The notes beneath the pieces are model-generated. The model was not told the DNA's origin. It did not search any database and saw only the letters and a list, made by a program, of their open reading frames with translations. A program made the translations under genes and the position numbers. From Candidatus Poribacteria bacterium (lineage in GTDB: Bacteria > Poribacteria > WGA-4E > WGA-3G), in the NCBI GenBank assembly GCA_965198235.1, contig OZ240248.1, positions 1,504,001 to 1,568,000 on the forward strand: a DNA stretch of 64,000 nucleotides. The letters run 5' to 3'. Position 1 is the first letter of the stretch, and the number at the start of each line of letters is the position of its first letter. Shown one piece after another: positions 51,739 through 61,026 of the stretch.

Positions 51739-51912
51739 TCGCGGATAGTAGGGGTTTGCTTGGGGTTTTTGCTTGGGGTTTTTGATAGGGTGTTTCTGCG
51801 GATTTCTCCGGGTCTTGTGCCTACCCTCTTAAAAACCGTACATCTTCCCAGTCGCGTCGAAATTCACCTCACACCATAGTGGAACGATGCCCAAGTTTTA
51901 ATAGTTAAAAGA

Positions 51913-52929
51913 ATGATATTTGTTGTAGGTAATAGTCGCAGTGGAACAACGATGATGGGTCGGATTTTGGGAAAACACCCAAGTGTTTATACCTTTGGTG
52001 AGCTTCACTTCTTTGGTCAGTTGTGTGCACCCCCGTTTTCATCGGAATCGCGTAAGGAGGAGATAGAAAAACTCGCGTCACAGTTACATTGTATTCAGCG
52101 AGAGGGGTATCGCACGCATGGCAACCCACGCCGTTTCTTAAGCGAGGCACAGGCGTTTCTTGAAAGTCTAACCACTTACCCTGAAACGCAAGCCACACTC
52201 TTTGAAGCTTTTCTCCATCATATTGCTGCTGAAAACGGTGGAACCATCCCTTGTGACCAAACACCGCGTAATGTCTTTTATATTGCGGATATCCTTCAAC
52301 TTTATCCGAAAGCACGGGTTGTTAACATGATCCGCGACCCACGCGATGTGCTATTGTCCCAAAAAAGGAAGTGGAAACGCCGATTTCTCGGTGGGAGCGA
52401 TATGCCGATAAAAGAAACGTTCCGCGATTGGGTGAACTATCACCCGATAACCATCAGTTACATCTGGCGAACCGCTGTCACCGCTGCTGAGCAGTTTCTA
52501 CAACACGAACGAGTTACCTCCATCTATTTTGAGGAACTCCTCGCGCACCCTGAAGCAACTGTCAAACGTCTCTGTGATTTTGTCGGTATCACCTACACGC
52601 ATGCAATGCTCCAAGTTCCACAAGTTGGCTCTTCTGTTGAGGATGACCAGCCGCAGCAACTCGGCATAAATCCACACCGAGCGCACAGTTGGCACAGTGA
52701 AACAACTGAGGGAGAACTCAGTTCCGCTGAGATTTACCTTAACCAAACTATAACTGCAACGCTCATGAAAATACATAACTATAGCCCTGTGTCGGTCCGT
52801 CCGAATATCGCAAATTTGGCATTACACCTATTGACGTTCCCTGTGAAATTAGCCGGGGCATTCCTTTTTAATATTGATCGGATGAAGAGCATCCATCAAA
52901 CACTAAAAAGACGTCTTTTTAATTATTAA
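51913..52929 (+). CDS. Sulfotransferase (Sulfotransfer_3-like)
   Basis: IFVVGNSRSGTT, DQTP, IRDPRDVLLS, FEELL.HPE. Confidence 0.9.
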   Translation: MIFVVGNSRSGTTMMGRILGKHPSVYTFGELHFFGQLCAPPFSSESRKEEIEKLASQLHCIQREGYRTHGNPRRFLSEAQAFLESLTTYPETQATLFEAFLHHIAAENGGTIPCDQTPRNVFYIADILQLYPKARVVNMIRDPRDVLLSQKRKWKRRFLGGSDMPIKETFRDWVNYHPITISYIWRTAVTAAEQFLQHERVTSIYFEELLAHPEATVKRLCDFVGITYTHAMLQVPQVGSSVEDDQPQQLGINPHRAHSWHSETTEGELSSAEIYLNQTITATLMKIHNYSPVSVRPNIANLALHLLTFPVKLAGAFLFNIDRMKSIHQTLKRRLFNY

Positions 52930-53343
52930 CTCTGGTCACCGTTCCACTACGTTTCACGGTGGGATCTGGTTAATTCCAACGCGATTGCGGAGATGTACGG
53001 TTTTTATAGTAAAGCCCGAAAATATGTTGACATTTCAATGAGCAACAATCCCGCATACTTCCTCGCTGGCGAGGTTTCCTTGGGGAAATCTGCAGAAATA
53101 CCGGATTTAGTCTGGGAATAGACGAAATCCGTTCCTTGTATTACATTGCAAAGACCCCTATCAAAAACACCTCGCCAATGTATAGATAATTGTGGGCTTT
53201 ACTATAAAAGGGTAGGAAAACCCAAGACCTGAGAAACACCCAAGCAAAACCCCTACTACCGCTCATAATTCAGAGGCGGTTAGACTTAACCGAAAACCAT
53301 CGTGGAACGTAGTGGAACGATGCTCATATTCAATAAATAAAAA

Positions 53344-54345
53344 ATGATTGCACAAATAGATCCGCTCTACATCAAAACACGCCCGACGAAAGTCCTAACA
53401 CGCCTCATGAGTTATGCCCTCTTCGAGGGGCGTCCTGTAACCACAAAGGGTCGCTGGATAAATCCGCTCGTCTTTTCTCTTTTGAAGAGGTTCGCTGCGA
53501 ACAATAACAGATATGAATCTGTTGAAAAACCGATCTTCATCTTGGGGACCGGACGCAGTGGCACTACGATACTCGGTATTGTGCTGTCTATGCACAGGGA
53601 AATCGGTTACCTTAACGAACCGAAGGCTATGTGGCACCTCATCCATCCGCATGAAGACATTATCGGTAACTACAGCCAAGCCGATGCAAAATATCGTCTC
53701 ACCGCCGAAGATGCGACAAACGAAATGCGTCAACGCGCTTCCCAGATGTTCGGTGCTTATTTGACGGCAACCCGCTCAAAGCGCCTTGTCGATAAGTATC
53801 CGGAACTCATCTTCAGGGTAGATTTCGTTCGTGCACTGTTTCCTGATGCTCGTTTCATCTTTCTCGTCCGCAATGGGTGGGATACGTGCCATTCAATTGC
53901 GACATGGTCGAAGCGACTCGGTGCCCAGATCAATAGCGAGAAGCACGATTGGTGGGGTGTAGATGACCGAAAGTGGAGGCTCTTAGTTGAACAGCTCGTT
54001 AAAACAGATCCTATTTTCTCTCAGACCGTTGATGAGGTTAAACATATCGATCGACATCTCGATAGAGCAGCCGTGGAGTGGATAATCACTATGCGGGAGG
54101 GGCTTCATTTAATGCGAACCTCACCTGACTATGTTCATCTCGTCCGTTTTGAGGATCTGACATCACATCCGGACGAAACGCTCTCGGCTTTATGTGCCTT
54201 CTGTGAACTTCCAAAGGACACAACATTCCAAGAGTATGCTCGACAGACCTTGCATCCAGTCCCTACTAAAGAATCTTTTGATGTGCATCCAAAAATCGCT
54301 CCTCTTTTCCATGATACCATGAGAGAAATGGGGTATAATACTTAG
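53344..54345 (+). CDS. Sulfotransferase (Sulfotransfer_3-like)
   Basis: PIFILGTGRSGTT, LNEP, VDKYP, FPDARFIFLVRNG.D..S, RFEDL. Confidence 0.9.
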   Translation: MIAQIDPLYIKTRPTKVLTRLMSYALFEGRPVTTKGRWINPLVFSLLKRFAANNNRYESVEKPIFILGTGRSGTTILGIVLSMHREIGYLNEPKAMWHLIHPHEDIIGNYSQADAKYRLTAEDATNEMRQRASQMFGAYLTATRSKRLVDKYPELIFRVDFVRALFPDARFIFLVRNGWDTCHSIATWSKRLGAQINSEKHDWWGVDDRKWRLLVEQLVKTDPIFSQTVDEVKHIDRHLDRAAVEWIITMREGLHLMRTSPDYVHLVRFEDLTSHPDETLSALCAFCELPKDTTFQEYARQTLHPVPTKESFDVHPKIAPLFHDTMREMGYNT

Positions 54346-54377
54346 ATAGACTTTTAGAGATCGGACTCATTCGCGTA

Positions 54378-56465
54378 ATGCACAAAAACCCAGTTAGACA
54401 AACACAAAGACATTCCTTAGCAACACATCCTTTTACCCGGCGGGACTTTCTCTCAACCAGTTTGAAAGCAGGCGCAACTGCCTTCACGACTGGACTATTA
54501 CCGAAATGGAATGCTGATGCGCAAGGGCAGTACAACGTGTTATTCATCGTTGTGGATGACTTGCGACCTTTGCTTGGATGTTATGGGCATCCAGAGATAC
54601 ACACTCCTAACATTGATAGGCTCGCCGGACGAGGAACAGTTTTCAACCGGGCATATTGTCAGTATCCGCTCTGTAGTCCGTCCCGGGCTTCGATACTAAC
54701 AGGGTTACGGACAGAAACAACAGGTGTGCTGAATAATTCACAGGATTTTCGAAAAAAATTGCCTGATGCGATTACACTTCCTCAGCATTTCAAAGCACAA
54801 GGGTATCATACCCAATCCGTGGGTAGAATCGCACACCTCCCGCGACTTCAGGATGATGGAAATTCATGGAGTGTTGCATCATGGAGACCGATATGGGTGC
54901 CTTTCGATATAGAAGCTACCCCGTCTTGGCAAGCACTTGATGTTGAGGATGATGATCTCAGAGATGGTAAAACTGCAAGACGAGCAGTTCGGGTACTCAA
55001 ACAAATTAAGGACCAACAATTTTTCCTTGCTGTCGGATTTTACAAACCGCATTTGCCCTTTAAGGCACCGCGGAAATATTTTGAGTTATACGATACCCAA
55101 ACTTTTGACTTGCCTGCTTCGTCTATACCACCTAAAGATGCACCTGCTAAAGCACTCACTAATTGGAATGAGATTAGAGCTTATCAAGATCTCCCTTCCG
55201 GAAACTCATCGCTCTCTGATGCTAAGACTTTAGAGTTAATTCGCGCGTACGCCGCAGCCACGAGTTATACGGATGCACAAATTGGTCGTGTATTAACACA
55301 GTTGGATGTTCTCGGTCTCGCTGAGAATACTGTGATCGTTTTTTGTGGTGACCATGGGCATCATCTTGGTGAACACGGAATATGGGGAAAGCAAACCCTT
55401 TTTGAGGTTTCTCTCAGATCTCCTTTGATTGTCAGCATCCCGCAGCAACAACGTTCAGAGACTGAAGCTTTGGCTGAACTCGTTGACGTTTATCCGACGT
55501 TATGTGACGCTTGTCAACTTTCAACACCACCACAGTTAGAAGGCATAAGTCTGATGCCGGTCATTGAGCAACCGACTCGCCCGTGGAAAACTGCCGTTTT
55601 TAGCCAATTCGGTGGGGGTGCGCATGGTGGTATCTCTATCCGGACGGAACGGTATAGATATACTGAATGGGGACAAAACAGTAGTCATGGTGTGGAACTC
55701 TACGATTATGAAGCTGATCCAGATGAGACCTTTAATATCGCGAGTCTACCAGAAAACGCAGAACTCCTTGCCCATCTCAGCGAACGACTTCACGCGGGAT
55801 GGCAAGCGGCTTTGCCGGACACGCATCAGCGGATTCCTGTTCCGCAAACATTACCTTGGGATATAAATAATGATGGGATTGTTGACATCCGAGATCTCGT
55901 CCTAATTTCAAGCAGTTTTGGTGTGGAAACGCCAGGACATCCAAAAGTTGATGTAAACAAGGATGGTAAAGTTAACATTCTTGACTTGATTCTGGTTGCT
56001 GCGCATTTCGGTGAATCCAGCACTCCTGCTGCTCCGTCGACACACGTTAGCATGGAACATTTTGACTTAGTGGAACAATGGCTTACTGAAGCACGTCTCG
56101 CGAATGATGGTTCTCTTGCCTTTCAGCAAGGCATTCTTGCTTTAGAACGTCTAATGAATACGACGATCCCCATGGAAACGGTGCTTCTGGCGAACTATCC
56201 GAATCCTTTTAATCCGGAGACGTGGATACCTTACGATTTGGCTGAAGATGCGGAGGTCAAGATCCACATCTATAACGTGAAAGGTGAATCTATCCGCCAG
56301 TTATCGTTGGGTTTTCAAAGTGCTGGTGCCTATCGGAATCGGTCTCGTGCAGCGTATTGGGATGGTCGAAATGCCATAGGTGAATCTGTAGCAAGTGGGG
56401 TCTACTTTTATACGCTCCGTGCAGGACAAACTAAAGCCACACGCCAGATGGTAGTTTTCAAATAA
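54378..56465 (+). CDS. Tat-exported sulfatase (iduronate-2-sulfatase-like) with dockerin-like pair and C-terminal sorting-like domain
   Basis: TRRDFL twin-Arg, NVLFIVVDDLRP, CSPSRASILTG, FFLAVGFYKPHLPF, DHG, NYPNPFNPETWIPY. Confidence 0.9.
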   Translation: MHKNPVRQTQRHSLATHPFTRRDFLSTSLKAGATAFTTGLLPKWNADAQGQYNVLFIVVDDLRPLLGCYGHPEIHTPNIDRLAGRGTVFNRAYCQYPLCSPSRASILTGLRTETTGVLNNSQDFRKKLPDAITLPQHFKAQGYHTQSVGRIAHLPRLQDDGNSWSVASWRPIWVPFDIEATPSWQALDVEDDDLRDGKTARRAVRVLKQIKDQQFFLAVGFYKPHLPFKAPRKYFELYDTQTFDLPASSIPPKDAPAKALTNWNEIRAYQDLPSGNSSLSDAKTLELIRAYAAATSYTDAQIGRVLTQLDVLGLAENTVIVFCGDHGHHLGEHGIWGKQTLFEVSLRSPLIVSIPQQQRSETEALAELVDVYPTLCDACQLSTPPQLEGISLMPVIEQPTRPWKTAVFSQFGGGAHGGISIRTERYRYTEWGQNSSHGVELYDYEADPDETFNIASLPENAELLAHLSERLHAGWQAALPDTHQRIPVPQTLPWDINNDGIVDIRDLVLISSSFGVETPGHPKVDVNKDGKVNILDLILVAAHFGESSTPAAPSTHVSMEHFDLVEQWLTEARLANDGSLAFQQGILALERLMNTTIPMETVLLANYPNPFNPETWIPYDLAEDAEVKIHIYNVKGESIRQLSLGFQSAGAYRNRSRAAYWDGRNAIGESVASGVYFYTLRAGQTKATRQMVVFK

Positions 56466-56751
56466 GACAGGTTGTCAGTTTTTTAATTGTGGTCTCCTTG
56501 GCTGTGCTTCATTACATTTCGCACAGGTTTTCGGTGGATCGCATGTTCCTTTTTAGAGCGGAACTAGAGTTTCACTCTAAACCATCGTGAAACGAAGTGG
56601 AACGATGCCCAAGAGTCCATAGTTAAAAAAGGATTCTTATTCTGCTTAACAGCCACCAGAGCCGCCACAAATTAACCATAAACCTGCCTGAAACGAAGTG
56701 GAGGGGTTTTTGCTTGGGTGTTTCTTTGCCCAGGAGTCCATAGTTAAAAAA

Positions 56752-58440
56752 ATGATTTTACGTAGACTGCTAATTATCTGTATTTCAGTGTTAGTTTTAG
56801 TTTCCGCAACGGTAGAGGCTGCCTCGCTCATCAATGTTCCGCTCAATCCGGACTTGTCTGACTTTAATCGTGAAACCTATCGCTTTATTCATCGTTTACT
56901 TAACAAGCGGATTTTGCCCGGCATACGGCGCGGTTCGTTACCACTCACCCGTAAACAGGTCGTGTCTTATCTGTTAGAGGTGGATCAGAAACAGAAAGAC
57001 GACGAAATCGCATTGAGTACTATTGACCAAGAGCGACTAAGCACCCTATTGACCTTTTACCGTGAAGTTCGTGAGAATCCGAAACAGGTTATAGAAAACG
57101 ATGTAGGAGGGGTTTCTAACCCCGATACCAGAAAACAAAGCCCTGCCGGCAGACGATTGCACCTGATGACGATGACGGGCAAAGACTATCGTTTCTCCTT
57201 CGACTTGAGAGCTTCACAACGTGTTATCGCTCACCTTGTCGATAATCTGTCGGAGGAACAGCCTACTGAAGGAAACATGCATGTTACCACCTTCTATCCA
57301 CATCTCTATGGACAGGTGGGGGAAACGTTCGCCTTTACGACCGATATAGCACATAGGTTCGTCTACGGTGAATTTTTTAATGATTTCTTTCCTGACGAGA
57401 CGAAAATTAGGCAATTGGGGGGTGGACTCAAAAACCGAACTGCCATTAACGCCTATCTGAAGTTTGACTTGCCGTGGTTTGAGCTGCAGCTTGGACAGGA
57501 TACACTTCAGTGGGGACCTGGCTATCATGACAGCCTTTTAGTCTCCAAAAACCCGATCGCCATGGACATGATTAAGCTCCAAGCCTCCTATGAACCCACT
57601 ACCTTCACAGCGTTCACCGGTATACTGGAGGATATGTCAGCCGAGGTCAATCATAAGTATATTTCAGGACATAGGGTTGAGGGGTATTTCTGGGATAGGT
57701 TCGGCTTTGGTCTTTCTGAAGTCGTCGTCTACGGCAACCGTTTTGAACCCGGGTATCTGAACCCAGTCAATATCTACCTGATTAGCGAGCAACCGATTTC
57801 ACGAGCAGATGGACGCGTCCCTGGCAGTGGGGACAACGTCCTTATGAGTGTTGATATGCGGCTTCGCCTTGTGGACGATTTTGAAATTTATGGCGAACTG
57901 ATGGTTGACGATGGAAACCCCGCAGCGAATTTTAAGCATTGGGATACGAAGTTTGGTATCCTCGGCGGTATATATCTAACAGACCCTTTTGGCATCGCAG
58001 ATACCGACTTCCACGCCGAATACGCCTTTATAAACCAATACGCGTATACGCACGTAAATCCTGTAAATGTCTACAAACACTTTACCACACCTATTGGACA
58101 TCAGATCGGTTCTGATGCTGACAATCTATGGATAGAACTGCGTCGCCGGTGGACAGATAGGCTTGAAACGACTTTCGGTTACGAATTAGAACGCCATGGG
58201 TCCGGTGATATTGACAAGCAACATCCCGCTGATGCTCCAAAAGACGATGTTTGGATGCCGTTATCTGGCATCACAGAAAGTGAGCATCGTCTCTCAGTTG
58301 GGGCTAACTGGGTCGTTATTGGACATTATTCGCTCTATGCAGAGTGGGCACGCCTGTGGAGGAGAAACTTGGGAAATCGTAGAGAGGTCCGCGAAAATGC
58401 GAATGAAATTGAAGCCAAATTCCTCTACCGGTTTCCCTAA
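56752..58440 (+). CDS. Capsule assembly Wzi family outer-membrane protein
   Basis: Signal peptide, P.TR, LG.D.LQWGPG...SLLVS.N, SGHR.E, SEVV.Y, YLNP, GH..G.DAD. Confidence 0.8.
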   Translation: MILRRLLIICISVLVLVSATVEAASLINVPLNPDLSDFNRETYRFIHRLLNKRILPGIRRGSLPLTRKQVVSYLLEVDQKQKDDEIALSTIDQERLSTLLTFYREVRENPKQVIENDVGGVSNPDTRKQSPAGRRLHLMTMTGKDYRFSFDLRASQRVIAHLVDNLSEEQPTEGNMHVTTFYPHLYGQVGETFAFTTDIAHRFVYGEFFNDFFPDETKIRQLGGGLKNRTAINAYLKFDLPWFELQLGQDTLQWGPGYHDSLLVSKNPIAMDMIKLQASYEPTTFTAFTGILEDMSAEVNHKYISGHRVEGYFWDRFGFGLSEVVVYGNRFEPGYLNPVNIYLISEQPISRADGRVPGSGDNVLMSVDMRLRLVDDFEIYGELMVDDGNPAANFKHWDTKFGILGGIYLTDPFGIADTDFHAEYAFINQYAYTHVNPVNVYKHFTTPIGHQIGSDADNLWIELRRRWTDRLETTFGYELERHGSGDIDKQHPADAPKDDVWMPLSGITESEHRLSVGANWVVIGHYSLYAEWARLWRRNLGNRREVRENANEIEAKFLYRFP

Positions 58441-58521
58441 TAAAAAAATGAAGATTTGTACCGTTCCAATCATCAAAAGATACAAAGCATTGCCTGTGGA
58501 CTCCCGATCGTAAAAACAAAT

Positions 58522-58550
58522 TGGACTTTCGCGCCTAAAACGGGTATAAT
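58522..58550 (+). promoter_or_regulatory. Sigma70-type promoter for the GT4/priming transferase genes
   Basis: TGGACT-17 nt-TATAAT. Confidence 0.6.
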
Positions 58551-58764
58551 ATATATGTAAAACCCAATCTAAAACAGAGACGAACTGTGCGGTCGGCCAG
58601 AGCGTTCTCGAAAAGAAATTTTTCTGTCGTGTCCGTCCGGTGCGATGCTTGGACTACAATTGTTAGCCAAAGTGCATAGCTTGAAACGAAGTGAAAAGCG
58701 GATATACGGAATAGAACATGAATTCACAGACTCACCTCTCTGAACCGCAAGGAAAACTAGAAAA

Positions 58765-59883
58765 ATGAGGATTAGGGTGTTGGGAATACGCGGGCTCCCC
58801 GCTACCTACAGTGGACTCGAGACTATCATGAGTGAACTCGCCCCCCGCTGGGTAGAAGCCGGTCATGAAGTTATCGTCTACTGCCGGAAGGCACTTTTCA
58901 AGGAGAGACCTGCGCAATGGAACGGCATCAAGCTCGTTTATTTGCCAAGCATAGAGCATAAGATGTTCAGTACCCTGAGCCACAGTTTTCTCGCAACGCT
59001 ACACGCTTCGGTTGCCGCATCTGATGTCATTTTGACATGGAACGCCGGCAATGGTCCGTTCGGATGGTTCTTCCGTATCGCAGGCAAAACCGCTGTTATC
59101 AACGTTGATGGAATGGAATGGCTCCGCCCAAAATGGAAAGGGCTTGGTGCACTTTACTTCAAGTGGGCGGCAAAGATGGCGACAGCGGCGTTTCCAATTG
59201 TTATTACCGATGCTTCTGAAATGAAGCGTCTCTATCTTAAGGAATTAGGGGCAGAAACTACATATATCGCTTATGGTGCGAATATTGAGCCCTCGGAACA
59301 TCCAGAGGTTCTCGAGACCTATGGGCTTGAACCCCGGAATTATTATCTTATTGCCAGTCGGCTCGTTCCAGATAACAATGCCGACCTCATTTTAGAGGCG
59401 TTCGTTGCTTCAAAGAGCCAAAAGCAACTCGCTATAGCCGGGGGGGCTGATTACAAAGGCAACAAACTCGAAAACGAATTTCTATCAAAATTAAAAAGCA
59501 CTGCTAACGAGAACGTCAAGTTTCTCGGACATATTGACGATTCTGAACATATTAAAGAACTTCACCATCACTGCTTTGCCTATGTCCATGGACACCAGTT
59601 CGGCGGCATTAATCCTTCTATTCTAAAGGCGTTAGGGTTTTCCAACTGCATTCTTGCACTGAATACGCCCTTCAACGATGAAGTGCTGGAAGGTGGGCAT
59701 TATGGGGTGCTCTTTGATAAAAACGTCGCATCGCTCACGGAAAAAATTCAGATGTTGGAACAACATCCCGAACAGGTTGAAGATTTCCGGCAGCGCGCAC
59801 CAGAACAGATCCGGAAGCGATTCAATTGGGAAAACATAGCACAGCAATATCTTGATGTTTTTAAAAAGCTCCAGCAGAACTAA
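58765..59883 (+). CDS. GT4 glycosyltransferase (DUF1972/WchF-like)
   Basis: LGIRGLPATYSGLET, NVDGMEW.R.KW, IAYGA, RLVPDNN, HGHQFGGINPS. Confidence 0.88.
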   Translation: MRIRVLGIRGLPATYSGLETIMSELAPRWVEAGHEVIVYCRKALFKERPAQWNGIKLVYLPSIEHKMFSTLSHSFLATLHASVAASDVILTWNAGNGPFGWFFRIAGKTAVINVDGMEWLRPKWKGLGALYFKWAAKMATAAFPIVITDASEMKRLYLKELGAETTYIAYGANIEPSEHPEVLETYGLEPRNYYLIASRLVPDNNADLILEAFVASKSQKQLAIAGGADYKGNKLENEFLSKLKSTANENVKFLGHIDDSEHIKELHHHCFAYVHGHQFGGINPSILKALGFSNCILALNTPFNDEVLEGGHYGVLFDKNVASLTEKIQMLEQHPEQVEDFRQRAPEQIRKRFNWENIAQQYLDVFKKLQQN

Positions 59884-59996
59884 CTTTTATCGGTTGTAAG
59901 TGCCCTGAAAATTTTTTCGTCAGAGTAGTGCTATGCAAGTTAGTATAACCTCGCAAACCTACGCTTAACATTTGGATTGCGATAGAGGAATTAACC

Positions 59997-60677
59997 ATGC
60001 CATTCCTATCAAGAAGCATAGACCAGATAGGAAAAGATGCAGGCAGAACTGGCTTGCAAGCTTCGCCAAAAATATCAAAGACAGGGACTCTTGTGGAACG
60101 ACTCTCCTCTTTCTACGCAACGCGTGGCAAACATTTGTTCGATGCTATCGCCGCATTTCTCCTTATCATTATCTTTGCCCCTCTAATGGTGCTGATTGCC
60201 AGTCTAATTAAGCTCACCTCACGCGGTGCTGTCTTTTTCTCACACAAGCGGGTTGGGTTAAACAACGAACTATTTGTTATCCACAAATTTCGGAGTCTCC
60301 ATGTGGATACACCGTCCTATTCCGAGAAACCTGGTGCAATTGACGACAAACGTATTACACCAGTCGGCAAATGGCTCCGTAAGACGAGTTTAGATGAGTT
60401 GCCCCAACTTTTCAATGTGCTAAAAGGTGAAATGAGTCTGGTGGGTCCGCGTCCAGAAATGCCTTTTCTTGCTAAGCATTATGAGCCGTCGGAAAATCAA
60501 CGCCACCTCGTTCGTCCGGGAATGACAGGTCTCTGGCAGCTGAGTCCGCATCGACAAGGGGCAATCCGGGATGGCATTCCTGTTGATTTGGAGTACATTG
60601 AGAAGCTATCTTTCTGGAACGATTTTAAAATACTCCTTCGAACCTTCAAAGTCTTTTGGGATAACAACACCTATTAA
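59997..60677 (+). CDS. Priming undecaprenyl-phosphate sugar transferase (Bac_transf)
   Basis: [47 protein letters not shown]. Confidence 0.93.
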   Translation: MPFLSRSIDQIGKDAGRTGLQASPKISKTGTLVERLSSFYATRGKHLFDAIAAFLLIIIFAPLMVLIASLIKLTSRGAVFFSHKRVGLNNELFVIHKFRSLHVDTPSYSEKPGAIDDKRITPVGKWLRKTSLDELPQLFNVLKGEMSLVGPRPEMPFLAKHYEPSENQRHLVRPGMTGLWQLSPHRQGAIRDGIPVDLEYIEKLSFWNDFKILLRTFKVFWDNNTY

Positions 60678-61026
60678 CGCAATCGTAAGCACAGCTCGCT
60701 CCTATGCAATGAATTTTTAACTATGGAACTCTGTTAACCATCAACTCGTGCTTTAACATTTATAACGGAGTCGAGTTGATGGTTAAACTGCTCCAAATGT
60801 AAAGCATTCTGCGCAAGCCTATAGAGGCTTGCGGGACACTGCGAAGCGAAATTATGTCATTTAAGGCATGATTTCGTTTCGCAGCGGTTTTCGGTAAATT
60901 CCAGCAGGGTGCAGTGAAGGGATGTCCCTTTTCCAGAAACCATCGTGAAACGAAGTGGAACGATGCCCAGGTGTTAATAGTTAAAAAAATGAAATGGGAC
61001 GGTGCCCAGAGGCAATAAATTAAAAA

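Noticed and set aside
30373-61026. GAAACGAAGTGGAAC repeats as CRISPR repeats or integron attC sites
   Set aside because: They are dispersed in both orientations, lack regular spacing and GTTRRRY/RYYYAAC ends, and no integrase is present.
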